Positions 1-13,090 of a stretch of 64,000 nucleotides of DNA are shown here, in pieces. A program made the position numbers and the translations under genes. Below the pieces are notes generated by a model. The model was not told the DNA's origin. It did not search any database and saw only the letters and a program-made list of their open reading frames with translations. Each line of letters begins with the position of its first letter. The first letter of the stretch is position 1. Origin of the DNA: the human T2T-CHM13v2.0 reference genome, Homo sapiens; assembly GCF_009914755.1 (NCBI RefSeq), contig NC_060928.1. The stretch is one strand, 5' to 3'.

Positions 1-1124
1 AGGTCTGGACAACTTTAAAATTTTATTTTCTTGGACTTAAGCTTCTAGCCGATTTTCCCTAAAATCCAACTGTATTATATCATCAGATTATTCTTGCTAA
101 AAAAAAATTTAAAAATGGATTTCATGTTCATCCAATTCATTTTTATCCACTAAAGCCAACTCACTTAATATATATTGAGAACATATCTTTGCTAGGTAAT
201 TCTCTTAGTACAACTGGTAGAACTGTGAACAATATCAAGAAGCTCCAGCTTTCGCAGACTTTATATGTTAGTATAATATTCCAGTCAGTGTTTCCTCAAT
301 GCCCACATATACTAATTTTCCAAAGTATGTTCCAAGAACACTGTTTCTTTATAAGCAAAAGTGTGCTAAGTTTAAGCAACTTTGGAAATTTAAAATGCAC
401 ACTTCAAAGAAGTCTTGCTGTAAACAAATCTCTTTAAACCAGTATTTCTGGAGCTTCAATGTCCTCTTTATTTCTTTCTTTTTTGGTTTAACTTCTTTCT
501 TTTGGTTCTTCATTTCTTTTTGGTTTAACTTCATTCATTCAACATCCAACATTCCATGGAAGTACTCAAAAAGACTCTTTTGTCCATAGAAAAAAAAAAT
601 CAATATCCTACAACCCAGTATTTACTATTTTCTACAACATGGCTCCAATCTATCCATCTAGTACTTACTCCCTAAAACAAATTTTTTATTATAGATAAGC
701 TGGTATCCTTATCATCCCCTATATCTTTGCCTTAAGAGATGGAACATGTTTTCTTTTGTGACTTAACTTACTTTTTACCCCTCAACCTTTCCAAACCTTA
801 TACATTCACCAAGAAACCCCTCATGATTTTAAATTGGATGATTTTAAATGGATGCTGCAGTTTACACCATCCTTTCTTTCTCCTGTGAATTCCTAGAGTA
901 CTTATATTCATATCTATTCTGCTTTTAAAATGTCATTAAGCACTTACTTAGGACATAAAAATTAATTAAACATGACCCATGGCCTCAAAAAGTTTCCAAA
1001 CTTTTATAACTTGGTGTATAGACATATTGTAATAGTCTCTAATTAGTGAAATTATCTCTATGAATTTTTCTCAAAAGTAGATTATAAATTTAAAACAACT
1101 TATTTTAAAAATCTGGTAAGTTTC

Positions 1125-1409
1125 GGCCAGGCGCGGTGGCTCACGCCTGTAATCCCAGCACTTTGGGAGGCCGAGGCGGGCAGATCACGAGGTCAGGAGA
1201 TCGAGACCATCCTGGCTAACACAGTGAAACCCCGTCTCTACTAATACAAAAAAATTAGCCGGGCATGGTGGTGGGTGCCTGTAGTCCCAGCTGTGGAGGC
1301 TGAGGCAGGAGAATGGCGTGAACCCAGAAGGCGGAAGTTGTAGTGAGCCGAGCTCGCGCCACTGCACTCCAGCCTGAGTGGCAGAGCAAGACTCCATCTC
1401 AAAAAAAAG
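1125..1409 (+). mobile_element. AluY-like SINE
   Basis: Full dimer with AluY diagnostics (gatcacgaggtcaggagatcgagaccatcctggctaacac; ggagaatggcgtgaaccc) and a short A tail. No TSD recognised. Confidence 0.9.
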
Positions 1410-1721
1410 AATATAAACTTTGCAACTCTTTCTACAACTATGACAGACCAGCTATTACCAGCATAACTCTTCCTGCTCCCACAAAACAACTATAAAAGCT
1501 GATTAGATAGATAGATAATCTATTGGAAGTATTGAAGATCTATCAACATAGCAACAACTTAGAGTCATGATCTACAAGAGAACATGAGGCTGACAGTCTC
1601 CTCAGCATTTCCTACAAGGCAGTTGCTGCTTTTCAGGCAGCTACTGAACACAGTCTTGGCTATCTCAAAGACAAAAGTTCAGGTTTAAAGCACACCATGA
1701 AGTGGGATGATAGGATGCTTA

Positions 1722-1848
1722 GTTCTTACTCCTAGGCTGCAGCCCTTCAGGTGTCCCATCTGAAATCCTGGGTGTCTACCTGGGGTCCTGGTAACCACCC
1801 AGGATTTCAGATGGGACACCTGAAGGGCTGCAGCCTAGGAGTAAGAAC
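1722..1848. repeat. Perfect inverted repeat, 53-bp arms, 21-nt spacer
   Basis: 1722-1774 is the exact reverse complement of 1796-1848. Confidence 0.95.
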
Positions 1849-2545
1849 AAAGCAAAATAGGCTAGCTCTCAAAAACACTGAAAACCAGCTACCAAACCAA
1901 CAAAACCCTATTTTGGTTACAACTATCAGCCACTAGCTTAACTGCCTGCCAGAAGTAAAAGTAAGCATTCTCCATTGGAAGTTCATAAAATCTAGACACT
2001 CAAATTTTCTCCACAGTTTTTTAAATAGGAAATATTTGTCATGACATCAGAAGTTACCAGGCATACTAAGAGAAAAGCCCAAATGACTAAGGACAGAGAG
2101 AAAAAAAGACAATAGAAACAGAACCATAGTAGATCAATATATTGCAGCTATCAGGTACAACTTTAACTGTAAGCAATATGCTTTCAGGACAAATGGAGAT
2201 GTCAGTAGAAAACGTGAATATTTAAAGAAATCAAATGGAAATTCTAAAACTGAAAAACACAATATCTGAAGCTTGACACGCAAAAGATCAGTTTGCAATC
2301 CGATAAAATGCAGCTGATAATAATTAGAAACTAATTATAGGCAGCTAGAATATATTTATAGAAGATTGGAGAGAATCTAGGATGCAAAACAAAGCAAAAC
2401 AAAAAACTAAAAATCAAAACATAAGAGATATATGAGGCATAATAGAGAAGTTGAACATACGTATAATCTGGGACCCTGAAGAAAGAGAAATAATTGAGCT
2501 GAAACAATATATGAAGGAATCATATTTAAGAGTTAGCTTAAATCA

Positions 2546-2866
<321 letters not shown>

Positions 2867-3551
2867 TTAAATCAATTAAAAAATGTCAAGCACAGACAAG
2901 ATGCATTATAAACTCTGCATAAAATAAATACAAAGAAAACCATATCTAGGCCTACCATAGTCAAATTGCTGAAAAACCAAATACAATGAGAAAACTCTAA
3001 AAAGCAGCTAGAAAAAAAAGGCATTACTTTCAAATGACTAACTTACTCTTCAACAGAAATAACAGAAGCCAGAACACAGTAGCATATCTTAAAAGCGCTT
3101 CAAAGAGCCTATTTCAATATCTTTACCCAGTGAAAATCACCTTCAAAAATGAAGGCAAAAAGAAGATATTTTCAAAATGTTTTTCCATTGGCAACAGACT
3201 TGTAACCGTGAAGAGCTCCAGACAGAAGAAATATGATCTCAGATGGAAACTGGCAGATGTTAGAAGGAAGAAAGAGCAATGGAAAATATAAATCTATGGG
3301 TGATTAAAGAAAGCTTGTATTTATTAAAAAGCAATAATAATACCTTGTGCGGTGTAAAATATGTAAGAAATAAATGTAGAAAACAGCCAAAACTGCAGGG
3401 GAGGGAACAATAAATGGAGTTAACACAATTTAAGGTCCAGCAATTGATAAAAGTACTAATCTATGTTAAAAGTTTAGTAAGTTAAGGATGCATGCCATAA
3501 TTTATAGTGAGGCCTACAAGATCAGTCAAAGAATGTTTAACTAGAAAGCTA

Positions 3552-3911
<360 letters not shown>

Positions 3912-4529
3912 TCATTAATCCTCAAAACATGGCAAACAAAAAGAGAAATTGAATAATATTAGATATTAGATTTAAGCCCAAATATTTTTTATTTACATTG
4001 GAGGTAAATATACCAAATACCCCAATTAAAAGACAAGCTTGTCAGACAAATGAAATAAAATTTAAGAGGAAATACCAAGTGTATATTGCTAATAAGATAC
4101 ATGCCTTAAAGATAATGTATGGAAAGGCTGAAAATAAAAAAGTGGAAAAAGATATACTATGTAAACATCAATTAAAAATAAATTTTTCTCTGATACAGGA
4201 AAGTAGACCTTAATAAAAAACATATTTCTAGAAATACAGAGGAATATTTCATATTTATATCATCAAGAATATCTAAATATTCCAAATATGTATCCACTTA
4301 ATATGACAGTATCAAAATATATGGAGCAAAATTGGCAAAATTAAAAGAAAAAATAGACAAGTGTCCCACATTGATTCTGGGAGATTTTAACACATCTCTC
4401 TAATTAATAGAATAAGCCAACAAAAATTAGTAAATAGATCTGAATATTTGATTATTGAACTTTATTGAATCTCTTGAACTCACTGATATTTTAAATATCT
4501 CTTCAATAAATTCAGAATACACATTCATT

Positions 4530-4783
4530 ACTTTTTTTATTATTATTATTGTACTTTAAGTTTTAGGGTACATGTGCACAATGTGCAGGTTTGTTACATA
4601 TGTATACATGTGCCATGTTGGTGTGCTGCACCCTAATTAACTCATCATTTAGCATTAGGTATATCTCCTAGCTATCCCTCCCCCCTCCCCCCACCCCACA
4701 GCAGTCCCCGGAGTGTGATGTTCCCCTTCCTGTGTCCATGTGTTCTCAATGTTCAAGTCCCACCTATGAGTGAGAACATGCAG
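4530..4783 (-). mobile_element. 5'-truncated L1PA (PA3/PA4-like) 3' UTR
   Basis: Reverse-complement L1 3' end with T-rich tail and 13-bp TSD atacacattcatt at 4517-4529 and 4784-4796. Confidence 0.9.
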
Positions 4784-7700
4784 ATACACATTCATTTCTA
4801 GTGCACATTAAACAATCATAAAAACTGACCACATGGCAAACCACAAATCATTTCAACACATTTCATAAGACTGAAGTAATACAGAGTATATTCTTTAAAT
4901 ATAGTATTAATAGAATAAAGCTAGAAATTAATAACAGAAAAATCATAAAATCCTCAAATGTTTGAGAATTGAACAATACATTTCTAAACAACCCATTGGT
5001 CAAAAATTAAGTTATAAGAAAAGCCAAATCATATTTTGAAATAAATAATAAAATATGACATAAAACTTGTAAGATGCAGTTAAAATGATGCATAGAAGAA
5101 AATTTATGATGTCAAATTATATAATAAAATAAATATTATAAATGAGCGTCCTAAGCGTCCATCTCAAAAGACTAGAAAAAGTAAGTTGAACTCAAAAAAG
5201 GAAGGAAGAAAATAACACAATGACAGCAGAAAATAATAAAACAGGAAAAAAGAAATATAATGAAGAGAATCAACACAGCCCAAAATAATTTCTTTGAAAA
5301 AAATAATAAAATGATAATTCACAACAAGACAGGACTTGAGTAAGAGAGGGAGGAGGTATAATTACTATTACTAGAAATAAGAAGAAGACATCACTATGGA
5401 TATTACAGTTATAAAAAAAGAAATGAGTAGTATGAACAACTTTATAGTTAAAAATTAAACTGCATTCTTGCCAAAATAGTTGTTCATACTATGTAGTCCA
5501 GCATCAAAAAATTCAAAATAAAATTTTTAAAATGACATCATTTAAAATAGTTTCAAAAACATCAAGTATGGAAAATTGTGATGAAATGAAAAAAATTTCT
5601 AGAAAAATAAACTACCAAACCTGAGCCAAGAGGAAATAGAAAATCTGATTAGCAATAAAGAAACTAAATCAAATATAAAAACTATCCCACCCAAAAAAGT
5701 CTAAACCCAGATGACCTTATTATTAAGCCTTATAGATATTTAAAGGAAAATTAATATTAAATTTATGTAATATTTTCCAGAAAACAGGAAAGACGAATTT
5801 TTCCCGATTCATTTTATAGTGCCAGAATAGCCTGATAAGGAGTTATACTACAAAAAAGAAAAATAAAATATAATATCCCTAATGAATAGAGGGACAAAAG
5901 TAAAAAACAAAACAAAGTATAAAAAATAAATATTCTAGATTAGATTGAACATTAACATAATTATCAACATGAAAAGAATAAAGGAGAAAAATGTAGCAAA
6001 TATAATGGGATGCAGAAAGAGTATTTGGTAAAATTAAACACCTGTAATAATTTTTGAATTAAGAAATACTTTTGGCAAATTAAGTATAGAGGAAAATCTC
6101 CTTAATCTGATAAAATACATCTATAAAACAAACAAAAACAAAAACACATCATATTATATCGTGAAACATTGAAAGCTTTCCTACAGACATCAGAAATGGG
6201 ACACTTTAATCCTGAATCAGAAGTCTGAGCAAATTTAATAAAGGGAGAAAGAAAAGAAACAAAAAGAACAAAAATAAAATATGTAAACATAGGAAAAGAA
6301 AAAAGTAAACTGTATTCTTTCCAAAAGATATGATTATGTATGTGAAAAATTCAAAAGAAAGTACAGGTAAACCACCAATATCAACAGGTGATTTCAACAA
6401 TCTCACTTGATATAAAGTCAATATACAAATTTAATTGTATTTCTATATTCTAGTATTAAACAATTAACATTAAAAAATTTTAAATAATTCAAAACAGTAT
6501 CAACTATGAAGGATTATATCTAACAAAGATAAGTAAGATGTCTACACAGAAGAATACAAAATATTATTAAAAGAATGAGAGAAAACCTAACTAAATGGAG
6601 GAATATACCATGGTCATAGATTAGAAGACTATATTTTTAATTATGTTAATTATATTCAGGTTGATCAGGTTCAATGAAATCCCAATCAATGCTCTAAATT
6701 TAAAAATTTATGAAAATTGAGAAGCTGATATTAAATTCTTATAGTCATAAAAAGGCCCAAGACTAGCTTCACAACATTGAAGAATAAAAATTACAACACT
6801 TAAAGTAATGGATATCAAAAATTATGATGAATGAAAATAATTAAGAGAATATATACTACTGGCACAACAATGGATAAAAAGACTTTTGGGGAGTGGCTGG
6901 CAAGATGGCCAAATAGGAACAGCTCCAGTCTGCAGCTTCCAGCGAGATCAATGCAGAAGGTGAGTGATCTCTACATTTCCAGCTGAGGTACCCAGCTCAT
7001 CTCACTGGGACTGGTTAGAGAGTGGGTGCAGCCCACGGAGGGCAAGCTGAGCAGGGTGAGGCATCGCCTCACCCAGAAGGACAAGGGGTCGAGGAACTCC
7101 CTCCCCTAGCCAAGGGAAGCCATGAGGGACTGCACCATGAGGAATGGTGTACTCAGGCCCAGATAGTACGCTTTTCCCATGGTCTTCACAACCTGCAGAC
7201 CAGGAGATTCCCTTGGGTGCCTATGACACCAGGGCCCTGGGTTTCAAGCACAAAACTGGGCGGCCATTTGGACAGACACTGAGCTAGCTGCAGGAATTTT
7301 TTTTTTTCATACCCCCGTGGTGCCTGGAATGCCAGAAAGACAGAATCGTTCACTCCCCTGAAAAGGGGGCTGAAGCCAGGGAGCCAAGCAGTCTAGCTCA
7401 GCGGATCCCACCCCCACAGAGACCAGCAAGCTAAGATCCACTAGCTTGAAATTCTCACTGCCAGTACAGCAGTCTGAAGTCAACCTGGAACACTCGAGCT
7501 TAGTGGGGGAAGGGGTGTCTGCCATTATTAAGGCTTCAGTAGGCGGTTTTCCCCTCATAGTGAAAACAAAGCTGCAGGGAAGTTCAAACTAGGTGGAGCC
7601 CACCACAGCTCTGCAAAGATGCTGCGGCCTGACTGCCTCTCTAGATTCCCCCTCTCTGGGCAGAGCATCTCTGAGAGAAAGGCAGCAGCCCCAGGAAGGG

Positions 7701-10700
7701 GTTAATAGATAAAACTCCCATCTCCCTGGAACAGAGCACCTGGGGGAAAGGGCAGCAGTAAGTGCAGCTTCAGCAGACTTAAATGATCCTGCCTGCTGGC
7801 TCTGAAGAGAGCAGCGTATCTCCCAGCACAGAGCTCGAGCTCTGCTAAGGGACAGACTGCCTCCTCAAGTGGGTCCCTGAACTGCCATGCGTACTGACTG
7901 GGAGACACCTCCCAGCAGGGGTCGACAGACACCTCATACAGGAGAGCTCCAGCTGGCATCTGTCAGGTACCCCTCTGGGATGAAGCTTCCAGAAGAAGAA
8001 CAGGCAGCAATCTTTGCTGTTCTGTAGACTCTGCTGGTGATACCCATGCAAACAGGATCTGGAGTGGACTTCCAGCAAACTCCAGCAGACCTGCAGCAGA
8101 GGGGCCTATTAGAAGGAAAACTAACAAACAGAAAGGAATAGCATCAACATCAACAAAATGGATGCCCACACAGAAACCCCATCTGAAGGTCACCAACATC
8201 AAAGACCAAAGTAGATAAATCCATGAAGATGAGGAAAAACCAGTACAAAAAGGCTGAAAATTCCAAAAACCAGAATGCCTCCCCTCCAAAGGACCACAGC
8301 TCCTCACCAGCCAGGGGGACAAACCTGGACAGAAAATGAGTTTGATGAATTGACAGAAGTAGGCTTCAGAAGGAGGGTAATAACAAAATCCTCTGAGATA
8401 AGGGAGCATGTTCTAACCCAATGCAAGGAAACTAAGAATGTTGAAAAAGGGTTAGAGGAATTGCTAACTAGAATAACCAGTTTAGAGAAGAACATAAATG
8501 ACCTGATGAAGCTTAAAAACACAGCAAGAGAACTTTGAGAAGCATATACAAGTATTGATAGTTGAATCAATCAAGCGAAAGAAAGGATATCAGAGATTGA
8601 AGATCAACTTAATGAAATAAAGAGTGAATACAAAGTAAGAGAAAAAAGAATGAAAAGGAATGAACAAAGCCTAATATGTGAAAAGACCAAACTTACATTT
8701 GAGTGGTATACCTGAAAGTGATGGGGAGAATGGAACCAAGTTGGAAAACACTCTGCAGGATATTATCCAGGAGAACTTCCCCAACCTAGCAAGACAGGGC
8801 AACAATCAAATTCAGGAAATATAGAGAACACCACAAAGATAGTCCTCAAGAAGAGCAACCCCAAGAAACATAATCATCAGATTCACCAAGGTTGAAATGG
8901 AGAAAAAATGTTAAGGGCAGCCAGAGAGAAAGGTCGGGTTACTCACAAAGAGAAGCCCATCAGACTAACAGTGGATCTCTGTGTAGAAACCGTACAAGCC
9001 AGTAGAGAGTGGGGGCCAATATTCAACATTCTTAAAGAAAAGAATTTTCAACCCAGACTTTCATATCCAGCCAAACTAAGCTTTATAAGCAAAGGAGAAA
9101 TAAAATCCTTTACAAACAAGCAAATGCTGAGAGATTTTGTCACCACCAGGCCTGCCTTACAAGAGCTCCTGAAGGAAGCACTAAATATGGAAAGGAGAAA
9201 CCAGTACCAGCCACTGCAAAAACATACCAAATTGTAAAGACCATCAACACTATGAAGAAACCACATCAACTAATGGGCAAAATAACCAGCTAGCATCATG
9301 ACTGGATCAAATTTACACATAATAATATTAACCTTAAATGTAAATGGGCTAAATGCCCCACTTAAAAGACACAGACTTGGCAAACTGGATAGAGTCAAGA
9401 CCCCTCGGGGTGCTGTGTTCAGGAGATCCATCTCACATGCAAACACAAACACAGGCTCAAAAAAAGGGATGGTGGAATATTTACCAAGCAAATGGAAAGC
9501 AACAAAAAGCAAAAGTTGCAATCATAGTCTCTGATAAAACAGACTTTAAACCTACAAAGATCAAAAAAGACAAAGAAGAGCATTACATAATGGTAAAGGA
9601 ATCAATGCAACAAGAAGAGCTAATTATCCTAAATACATATGCACCCAATAAAGGAGCACGCAGATCAATAAAGCAAGTTATTAGAAACCTACAAAGAGAC
9701 TTAGCCTCCCACACAATAGTAGCGGGAGACTTCAACGCCCCACTGTCAATATTAGACAGATCAACAAGACAGAAAAATAACAAGGATATTCAGGACTTGA
9801 TTCAGCTCTGGACCAAGCAGACCTAACAGATCCCTACAGAACTCTCCACCCCAAATCAACAGAATATACATTCTTCTCAGCGCCACACCACACTTATTCT
9901 AAAATCGACCACATAATTGGAAATAAAACACTCCTCAGCAAATGCAAAAGAATGGAAATCATAAAAAACAAACTCTCAGACCACAGTGCAATGAAATTAG
10001 AACTCAAGATTAAGAAACTCACTCAAAACTGCACAACTATATGGAAACTGAACAACCTGCTCCTGAATGACTACTGGGTAAATAACAAAATTAAGGCAGA
10101 AATAAATAAGTTCTTTGAAACCAATGAGAACAAAGACACAATGTACCAGAATTTCTGGGACACAGCTAAAGCAGTGTTTAGAGGGAAATTTATACCACTC
10201 AATGCCCACAGGAGAAAGTGGGAAAGATCTAAAATTGACACCCTAACATCACAATTAAAAGATCTAGAGAAGCAAGAGCAAACAAACTCAAAAGCTAGCA
10301 GAAGACAAGAAATAACTAAGATCAGAACAGAACTGAAGGAGAAAGAGACATGAAAAACCCTTCAAAAAAAATCAATGAATCCAGAAGCTGGTTTTTGGAA
10401 AAGATTAACAAAATAGATAGACCCCTAGCCAGACTAATAAAGAAGAAAAGAGAGAAGAGTCCAACAGACACAATAACAAACGATAAAGGGGATATCAACA
10501 CTGATCCCACATAAATACAAACTACCATCAGAGAATACTATAAACACCTCTACTCAAATAAACTAGAAAATCTAGAAGAAATGGATAAATACCTGGACAC
10601 ATAAACCCTCCCAAGATTAGACCAGGAACAAGTCAAATGCCTCAACAGACCAATAACAAGTTCAGAAATTGAGGCAGTAATTAATAGCCTACCAATCAAA

Positions 10701-11481
10701 AAAAGCCCAAAACCAGACAGATTCACAGCGAAATTCTACCAGATATACAAAGAGGAGCTGATACCATTCCTTCTGAAACTATTCCAAACAATAGAAAAAG
10801 AGGGACTCCTCCCTAACTCATTTTATGAGGCCAGCATCATCCTGATACCAAAACCTGGCAGAGACACAACAAAAAAAGAAAATTTCAGGCCAATATCCCC
10901 AATGAACATTGATGCAAAAATCCTCAATAAAATACTGGGAAACCGAATCCAGCAGCACATCAAAAAGCTTATCCACTAGGATAAAGTCGGCTTCATCCTT
11001 GGGATGCAAGGCTGGTTCAACATATGCAAATCAAAAAATGTAATCCATCACATAAACAGAACCAATGACAAAAACCACATGATTATCTCAATAGATGCAG
11101 AAAAGGACTTCAACAAAATTCAACACCCCTATGTGCTAAAAACTCTCAATGAACTACGAGCGTATCTCAGAATAATAAGAGCTATTTATGACAAACCCAC
11201 AGCTAATATCATACTGAATGGGCAAAATCTGGAAGCATTCCCTTTAAAATCTGGTACAAGTCAAGGCTGTCCTCTCACCACTCCTATTCAACATAGTATT
11301 GGAAGTTCTGGCCAGGGCAATCAGGCAAGAGAAAAAAAATAAAGGGTATTCAAATAGGAAAAGAGGAAGTCAAATTGTCTCTGTTTGCAGATGACATGAT
11401 TGTATATTTCGCAAACCCCATCGTCTCAGCCCAAAATCACCTTAAGCTGATAAGCAACTTCATCAAATCTCAGGATCCTAA

Positions 11482-12111
<630 letters not shown>

Positions 12112-12351
12112 TGACACTGTTGGTGGGACTGTAAACTAGTTCAACCCCTGTGGAAGTCAGTGTGGTGATTCCTTAGGGATCTAGAACTAGAAATACCATT
12201 TGACCCAGCCATCCCATTACTGGGTATATACCCAAAGGACTATAAATCATGCTGCTATAAAGACACATGCACATGTATGTTTATTGCGGCACTATTCACA
12301 ATAGCAAAGACGTGGAACCAACCCAAATGTCCAACAATGATAGACTGGATT

Positions 12352-12766
12352 AAGAAAATGTGGCACATATACACCATGGAATACTATGCAGCCATAAAAA
12401 ATGATGAGTTCATGTCCTTTGTAGGGACATGGATGAAATTGGAAACCATCATTCTCAGTAAACTATCGCAAGAACAAAAAACGAAACACCGCATATTCTC
12501 ACTCATAGGTGGGAATTGAACAATGAGATCACATGGACACAGGAAGGGGAATATCACACTCTGGGGACTGTGGTGGGGTCGGGGGAGGGGGGAGGGATAG
12601 CATTGGGAGATATACCTAATGCTAGATGACACGTTAGTGGGTGCAGCGCACCAGCATGGCACATGTATACATATGTAACTAACCTGCACAATGTGCACAT
12701 GTACCCTAAAACTTAAAGTATAATAATAATAATAAAAAAAGAAAAAAAAAAGATTAAAAAAAATAA

Positions 12767-12794
<28 letters not shown>
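12352..12794 (+). mobile_element. L1HS pre-Ta type 3' end with ~70-nt A-rich tail
   Basis: gctagatgacACGttagtgggtgcagcgcacc (ACG pre-Ta trinucleotide), gagatcacatgg, aatatcacac, ggggtcgggg, cattgggag and aaattggaaacc are all L1HS-type. Has A rather than G at the acttaaagt position. 5' boundary is ambiguous (12312-12438). Confidence 0.85.
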
Positions 12795-12797
<3 letters not shown>

Positions 12798-13090
12798 GCT
12801 AGCAATTGCACAATGTTTCAGTAGAGCACCAAGGAAAAATACAGGTTTTTACCTTAAAGTGACAATTCAAATACTTCTATTTCTAATTACATATCTGTCT
12901 TATTGTTTTGCCATCTAAATTTTTATCCTGTAGCATAAAGCATTTAAAATGTCGTTTCTGTATGTTCTGGCCCCATCCCTAGAATGAGTTCTTTCTGAAG
13001 AGAAAGATTTTGTCTTATTTAATCTTTTTGTCTTATTTTATTATTGCTACATCTTCAGAAATAATAAAAATGTCAACACACACAAAAAAA
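12795..13090 (+). other. Non-L1 segment ending in AATAAA + oligo(A): probable L1 3' transduction
   Basis: Sequence with no L1 similarity between two L1 segments. AATAAA at 13063-13068, with an A run starting 15 nt later. Confidence 0.75.

Noticed and set aside
349-590. Lys-rich minus-strand ORF with repeated tttggtttaacttc
   Set aside because: Low-complexity local duplication; does not match the expected next PRKG2 exon or any protein I recognise.
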